Of a stretch of DNA of 64,000 nucleotides, positions 59,317 to 64,000 are shown piece by piece (position 1 is the first letter of the stretch; every line of letters begins with the position of its first letter). The notes below the pieces were generated by a model, which saw nothing but the letters and a program-made list of their open reading frames with translations, was not told the DNA's origin and searched no databases. This DNA comes from Trueperaceae bacterium. GTDB taxonomy: Bacteria; Deinococcota; Deinococci; Deinococcales; Trueperaceae. The position numbers and the translations under genes were made by a program. The stretch is from positions 3,264,001-3,328,000 of the forward strand of contig OZ243956.1 of assembly GCA_965214405.1 (NCBI GenBank), read 5' to 3'.

Positions 59317-59415
59317 GGTCGTCCTCTCATCGAAAGCCAAGGATAGCCCGGATGGCGTATGGGAGGCGGGAGCCAGAGGACAGTTTTTCGAGAAACCGTT
59401 ATAGTGAGGGCTGAT

Positions 59416-60183
59416 ATGAAAGATTCAGAAAGGCGGGTGGCGTTGGTGACGGGGGGCTCGAGCGGCATCGGGCGCGCCTGCGCGGAGACACTCTCCAGGG
59501 ACGGAATACGAGTTGCTGTAGTGGACATCAACCCGGAGGGGGGGCGGGAGGTCGCCGCCGACCTTGACGGGCTTTTTGTTTCGGCCAATTTGAGCGCTCG
59601 AGCAGACTGTAAAAAGGCGGTGGAGGAGACCGTCACGCACTACGGCAGGCTCGACATCCTGGTCAACAACGCGGGTTTTCAGCACTTGGACCCGCTGCCT
59701 GACTTTCCCGAAGACACCTGGGACGACATGATGGCTTTAATGCTCACCGCGCCCTTTTTGCTCACCAAGTACGCGTGGCCTTACCTTATAATGTCGGGAG
59801 AAGGCCGCATCATCAACATCGGCTCCGCGCACTCCCTCACCGCGAGCCCCTACAAGGTGGGGTATGTGACGGCCAAACACGGGCTGTTGGGGCTCATGCG
59901 AGTGGCGGCCCTGGAGGGGGGCGAGTTTGGTCTCACCTGTAATACGGTCTGTCCGGCTTACGTGCGCACGCCGCTCGTTGAAAAGCAGATTGCCGACCAG
60001 GCCCGGACGCGGGGCATCCGGCCTGAAGAGGTGGAAAGAAAAGTGCTGCTCGAGCACACCGCCATCAAACGCCTCCTAGAACCCGAGGACGTGGGGCGTT
60101 ATGTGGCTTTTCTGGCTTCCGAAGCCGCTTGGGGTATTACCGGCTCGGTGCAGACGATGGATTTGGGGTGGACGGCAAGGTGA
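59416..60183 (+). CDS. bdhA: D-3-hydroxybutyrate dehydrogenase (SDR)
   Basis: [43 protein letters not shown]. Confidence 0.88.
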   Translation: MKDSERRVALVTGGSSGIGRACAETLSRDGIRVAVVDINPEGGREVAADLDGLFVSANLSARADCKKAVEETVTHYGRLDILVNNAGFQHLDPLPDFPEDTWDDMMALMLTAPFLLTKYAWPYLIMSGEGRIINIGSAHSLTASPYKVGYVTAKHGLLGLMRVAALEGGEFGLTCNTVCPAYVRTPLVEKQIADQARTRGIRPEEVERKVLLEHTAIKRLLEPEDVGRYVAFLASEAAWGITGSVQTMDLGWTAR

Positions 60184-60184
60184 G

Positions 60185-60520
60185 TCAGAGGGGGAGCACC
60201 TTGCGCAGATTGACCCTTACGGCTTCCTCGTCCTCCGCGGAGAGGCGTCCTACCGTATCTTGGATGAGCCTATGGTCGAGCGTGAAGAGTTTGAGTCGCA
60301 CAACTGAAGGGGCAGGCAGTCCAGCCTTTTGTAAATCTTGAACCGGGATATCGAGCGGCCACGGTGCGTTTTTTTGGCTCGTAATCATTGCCATCACGCT
60401 TTGCTGAAGGGCATTGTTAAAGGTAAGCGTGCTCAAAATGAGGGCCGGGCGACGTTTTGAAACGTTTACGTCGGTAAATGGGAAAGGCACAACCACCACC
60501 TCAAATGCGTTATAGGTCAT
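60185..60520 (-). CDS. PemK/MazF-family toxin
   Basis: VVVVPFPFTD...KRRPALI, MAMITS, GL..PS.VR.KLFTLD. Confidence 0.92.
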   Translation of the reverse strand: MTYNAFEVVVVPFPFTDVNVSKRRPALILSTLTFNNALQQSVMAMITSQKNAPWPLDIPVQDLQKAGLPAPSVVRLKLFTLDHRLIQDTVGRLSAEDEEAVRVNLRKVLPL

Positions 60521-60755
60521 GGTAGGCGTCTTCGTCGTGCTCGCTACTCCATTCACTCAGCGTCGCCTCTAAGCTTCGCAGATACTCGAGGTCGAGCGGG
60601 GCCACCTTGCGCAACACAACCTCGCCATCTTTAACGTCAAACGCAACAGTGTCGCCTGCTTTGAGTCCCAGCTTGTCGCGGATGAGCGTAGGAATGGTGG
60701 CCTGAAATTTGCTTGTGAGCCGCGAGGTTGGTAGAACACGCTTAAACTTTATCAC
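60510..60755 (-). CDS. AbrB/MazE-family antitoxin
   Basis: SRLTSKFQATIP..IR..LGLKAGDTVAF; ends LSEWSSEHDEDAYHDL. Confidence 0.92.
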   Translation of the reverse strand: MIKFKRVLPTSRLTSKFQATIPTLIRDKLGLKAGDTVAFDVKDGEVVLRKVAPLDLEYLRSLEATLSEWSSEHDEDAYHDL

Positions 60756-60757
60756 AA

Positions 60758-60772
60758 GTAATACAGTATTAC
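60758..60772. promoter_or_regulatory. Perfect palindrome, candidate TA autorepression operator
   Basis: GTAATAC-A-GTATTAC directly upstream of the antitoxin start. Confidence 0.65.
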
Positions 60773-61089
60773 CTTTCGATCAAAAGTTCAAGTTAAAGCT
60801 TGAAGTTGAATCCCCTTACCCAAGCTTTCACGGCTTTTTGTTATGCTTGTTGAGGCGCGTAACTGCGCCCGCTGCCGGGAGAGGTGCTCGAGACCTTTGA
60901 GCGTCAAGGCGTTGCCCAAACGGCCCCCCGCAGCGAAACCTGAAACGGTAGGTAAAACAATGGGAGAAGGTCCATGTCCAAACACAAAATATAAGGCGTA
61001 GAAACTCATCCGCGTATCAAGGGGTGGGCTTGGGTGAAAGCTCGAGCCGCACATCCCTCTAACCATCTTGCATTTAATAAGGACCCGTT

Positions 61090-62460
61090 ATGACTTCTAC
61101 GCCCGCCTCAACCACTCCCTTAACCACTGTAGACGACGCCATCGAGCGCATCGGCTTAGGCCGCTTTCAGTGGCGGCTTCTGGGCATCAACGGCCTTGTC
61201 TGGGCCGCCGACGCGATGGAAGTGCTTATTATCGGCTTCGCTATTCCCTCCTTGATGCTCACCTTTGACCTCACGCGCCCGCAGGCGGGCCTGATTGGCT
61301 CGATTTTTTTTGCAGGGATGTTCGTGGGCGCTTGGGGCTTCGGCGCGCTTGCCGACCGCTGGGGGCGCAGGCGCATCTTCTTAATCACGGTCTTGCTCGA
61401 CGCGGTGTTCGGCCTCTTGTCGGCCCTGTCGCCGAGTTTTGCCGTGCTCCTCGTGTTTCGCTTTCTCACCGGGCTGGCGGTGGGAGGTACGCTACCGGTG
61501 GATTACGCGATGATGGCGGAGTTTTTGCCTAAAAGGGTGCGGGGGCGCTTTCTGGTGTATCTGGAGTCCTTTTGGGCCTTGGGGACCATCCTGATTGCGC
61601 TGCTCGCCTGGCTGGTGGTGCCGAGTCTGCCCGACACGGGCTGGAGATGGCTCTTTGCGATTTCGGCCCTGCCGGGGCTTCTGGGTTTCGTGCTGCGCCT
61701 CTGGGTGCCCGAGTCGCCGCGCTACTCGCTGCTCGAGGGCCGCACCGAAGAAGCCGCCGAGACGTTGCGCCAGGTAGCGCGCATCAACGGCAAAGAGAAC
61801 GAGGTTGAGATTGGGCGGCTCGAGCCCGTCCGCCGCTCCGCCACCCCGCCCACCGCCGCGCTCTTTGGCGGCAAGCTGGCGCGGCGCACGCTGCTCTTGT
61901 CCGCGGTGTGGTTTTTTCTCTCTCTCGGCTACTACGGCGTGTTTGTATGGTTGCCGGGGATTTTCGTGACGCAGGGCTTCGGCTTTGTGCGGGGCTACGA
62001 CTATCTGGTGCTCTTGGCGCTCGCGCAGGTGCCGGGGTACATGTTGGCGGCGTTTCTGCTCGAGCGCATAGGCCGCCGCGCCACGCTCGCCCTGTTTTTG
62101 TTCGCCTCAGCGATTGCCTGCATGATGTTCGCGCTCGCCACCACGCCGACGCTGATTACGGTCGGCAGTATGCTGCTTAGCTTCTCGCTCTTGGGGGCTT
62201 GGGGCGCGCTCTACGCCTATACGCCCGAGGTCTACCCGACCGAGGTGCGCGCCACGGGGATGGGTTGGACGGGGGCGATGGCGCGGGCGGCGGGCATCTT
62301 GGCCCCGACTTTGGGCGGTTATTTGCTCGGCATCTCGTTGCCCCTGGCGCTGCTTATCTACGCGGCAAGCTTGCTCATCGCGGGCGCGGCAAGCTTGCTT
62401 ATGCGTGAGGACCCCAAGGGGCGGGCGCTCAGTGACAATCTTGCGGAGGCTCAGGCCTGA
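61090..62460 (+). CDS. MFS transporter (SV2/NiaP-like)
   Basis: WAADAME, GALADRWGRR, FRFLTG, AEFLP, PESPRY, YTPEVYPT..RATG.G. Confidence 0.92.
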   Translation: MTSTPASTTPLTTVDDAIERIGLGRFQWRLLGINGLVWAADAMEVLIIGFAIPSLMLTFDLTRPQAGLIGSIFFAGMFVGAWGFGALADRWGRRRIFLITVLLDAVFGLLSALSPSFAVLLVFRFLTGLAVGGTLPVDYAMMAEFLPKRVRGRFLVYLESFWALGTILIALLAWLVVPSLPDTGWRWLFAISALPGLLGFVLRLWVPESPRYSLLEGRTEEAAETLRQVARINGKENEVEIGRLEPVRRSATPPTAALFGGKLARRTLLLSAVWFFLSLGYYGVFVWLPGIFVTQGFGFVRGYDYLVLLALAQVPGYMLAAFLLERIGRRATLALFLFASAIACMMFALATTPTLITVGSMLLSFSLLGAWGALYAYTPEVYPTEVRATGMGWTGAMARAAGILAPTLGGYLLGISLPLALLIYAASLLIAGAASLLMREDPKGRALSDNLAEAQA

Positions 62461-62702
62461 TGCAGGAGCAGATTTGACTTTTCCGATACGTAGCGGATTT
62501 GGCACCTCACGGAGTCGGCGAAGCCCAACGCTTCCTCAGCCAGGGGTAACGATTCTTTGACGAGCGCCTCATCCGCGACCTCACGAAGTTGGGTGAGTTC
62601 AAATCCGAAGGCGGGTCCCAGACCTTTTCGTTGCGCCGTCTCCTCAACGGTCGTCAGCGCGTGCTCGAGTTCAAATTTTAGAGAGGGCGGCAACTTTTTC
62701 AT
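62451..62702 (-). CDS. Small hypothetical helical protein
   Basis: MKKLPPSLKFELEHAL... ORF with plausible composition; no family recognised. Confidence 0.5.
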   Translation of the reverse strand: MKKLPPSLKFELEHALTTVEETAQRKGLGPAFGFELTQLREVADEALVKESLPLAEEALGFADSVRCQIRYVSEKSNLLLHQA

Positions 62703-62781
62703 GCACCCAGTGTAGGCATTTATCACCCTCTAGGCGGTGCAGGGGTCACGAGAGGGCTTCATCAAACGTTTGCTTAGAGCA

Positions 62782-63234
62782 CTACTGTGCCAGCGGCAGC
62801 ACCTCAATAACGCTCGAGAAGCGGGCAAAGTCGGCGGTGTTGTGGGTTAGCAGCGTGGGGACGTCGTGAACGAGCATGGTGGCGACGATGTTGGCGTCAT
62901 GAACCTGCTTGCCGCCGGAAGGGAATTGCGCAAGCAAGTCGAGGAGTTTCGCCGTTATCAAGGCGCTATCCTCGGCGGTGCGGAAGCGGCTCTCAAAATA
63001 ACGCACGTCCCGAATGAGGTCGCTCATGGAGATGGCGGCTGTTAGGGAGCTCGAGCGGCTCATCACTGCCAGGTACTCACGCAAAACCTGACGGCTTAGC
63101 CACAGCTTTACACCCTGAGCGTCCAGCGCGGTCAATATAGCGACGGCTGGAGGATGAAAAGGCGACTGCGCTAAATTTGCATAGACGAGGATGTTGGTGT
63201 CAACAAAAACGCGTTCAGCGCCCGTCATCGTCAT
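62782..63234 (-). CDS. vapC: PIN-domain (VapC-type) toxin
   Basis: FVDTNILVY, SRQVLREY, GKQVHDANIVATM, LTHN..DF.RF. Confidence 0.92.
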   Translation of the reverse strand: MTMTGAERVFVDTNILVYANLAQSPFHPPAVAILTALDAQGVKLWLSRQVLREYLAVMSRSSSLTAAISMSDLIRDVRYFESRFRTAEDSALITAKLLDLLAQFPSGGKQVHDANIVATMLVHDVPTLLTHNTADFARFSSVIEVLPLAQ

Positions 63235-63481
63235 ACATATCTTCGCGGCGAAACGTGGTTTGTGAAACCGGCGCGGCGGGATAGGCGGAGAATATTAAAG
63301 GTAGAGGAGGTTGTTCCTGCTCACGCTCGGTGTTGACTTTAGTATCAACCACCACAGTATCAACCACCACAGTATCAACCACCACCACCACATGGTGCTC
63401 CCCAGGCGGCAGCTTGGTGGGCAGCTTCACCACGAGTTCACCCTCTGCGGAAACGAGGCCGACGGTGTCAATGCTAATCAT
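63215..63481 (-). CDS. Antitoxin upstream of PIN toxin, with VVVDT tandem repeat
   Basis: G.V...GEL.V.LP..LPPGEH.VVVV; C-terminal TFRREDMYDDDGR. Confidence 0.8.
   Translation of the reverse strand: MISIDTVGLVSAEGELVVKLPTKLPPGEHHVVVVVDTVVVDTVVVDTKVNTEREQEQPPLPLIFSAYPAAPVSQTTFRREDMYDDDGR
63341..63385. repeat. 15-bp tandem repeat x3 (AGTATCAACCACCAC)
   Basis: Three consecutive copies encoding VVVDT on the minus strand. Confidence 0.9.
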
Positions 63482-63618
63482 GGCCTAAGTCTAGCACGTC
63501 GTAGAGCAAAAGAAGAAAATGCCCGGGAGAGCGAAAGTGTACAGTTTATCCGCTCTTATTTACAAGTTTATTCTCAAGAAGAGGCTGTTAGACGCCCGAA
63601 AATCTTTGAAACCACGCA

Positions 63619-64000
63619 TTAATTATTCTTGCTCAGGGTGTAGCGCAGACTCGTTTCGTCCCCGGAGAACGCGCCCAAATCAAGCGTCACCGTGCTGCCG
63701 CCCGCGCCGTGAACGTTATCTTCGGCCTCGAGCACCACCGTCCCCGTAGCTTCTACATTCGTCTGCGAGCGGGTAAAGGGCTGCTCGTCGTCGTGCGGGT
63801 GGAGGAGTTCGCGGACGCCGTTCTCGACGTTTTCTCCCCTTACGCGCCACACGTTTGCGTAGTGCTCCCAGCCCTCATCGCGGTGGCGGACGGTAGTGCT
63901 AAAGGTGTAGGTGTTGCCATCCGTTTTTTGAACGTCCACGCCCAGCACGTGCGCGTAGTCCCAGACGTTCCAGTCGGCTAAGTTGAGTTGTAAATCGCCG
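63619..64000 (-). CDS. Conserved hypothetical (likely exported) protein, 5' end outside the window
   Basis: Frame open to the window edge; YTFSTTVRH.DEGWEHYA..WRV...LLHPH.DEQPFTRS. Confidence 0.75.
   Translation of the reverse strand, partial: GDLQLNLADWNVWDYAHVLGVDVQKTDGNTYTFSTTVRHRDEGWEHYANVWRVRGENVENGVRELLHPHDDEQPFTRSQTNVEATGTVVLEAEDNVHGAGGSTVTLDLGAFSGDETSLRYTLSKNN

Overview
A GC-rich bacterial chromosomal window, most likely Deinococcota (Trueperaceae-like). This is inferred from gene content, apparent leaderless promoters and strong CTCGAG enrichment. The core backbone holds mltG-ruvX-cof-alaS, rbsK, an MdlA/B-like ABC pair, ftsH, a SPOR protein, rex, a polyprenyl synthase, upp, a WecA/TagO-type transferase, the nfeD-floA-phoH-HDIG-ybeY-dgkA-cdd operon, pilD, leuB, aapJQMP, tRNA-Leu(CAG), an M3 peptidase, aguAB and bdhA. 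The best candidate for an undescribed system is at ~0.8-6.7 kb. It comprises a LuxR-type regulator with repeated boxes, an exported double-CxxC thioredoxin, a 71-aa exported 8-cysteine peptide followed by an RNA hairpin, an exported Cys-free tandem redoxin-like protein, and a MacB-type ABC transporter. This looks like a dedicated disulfide-rich peptide production/export locus. Other notable items: a xenorhodopsin; an Ala-starting class 3 intein with a LAGLIDADG endonuclease in phoH, whose start codon is probably ATC; a two-copy ~160-bp MITE with TIRs and 9-10 bp target duplications; a leader-peptide/terminator attenuator candidate before upp; an AapQ permease with a Ca-binding-like insertion; four type II TA pairs (one toxin lacks a canonical start); and a frameshifted Cof hydrolase. 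All assignments were made by eye, with no database searches.
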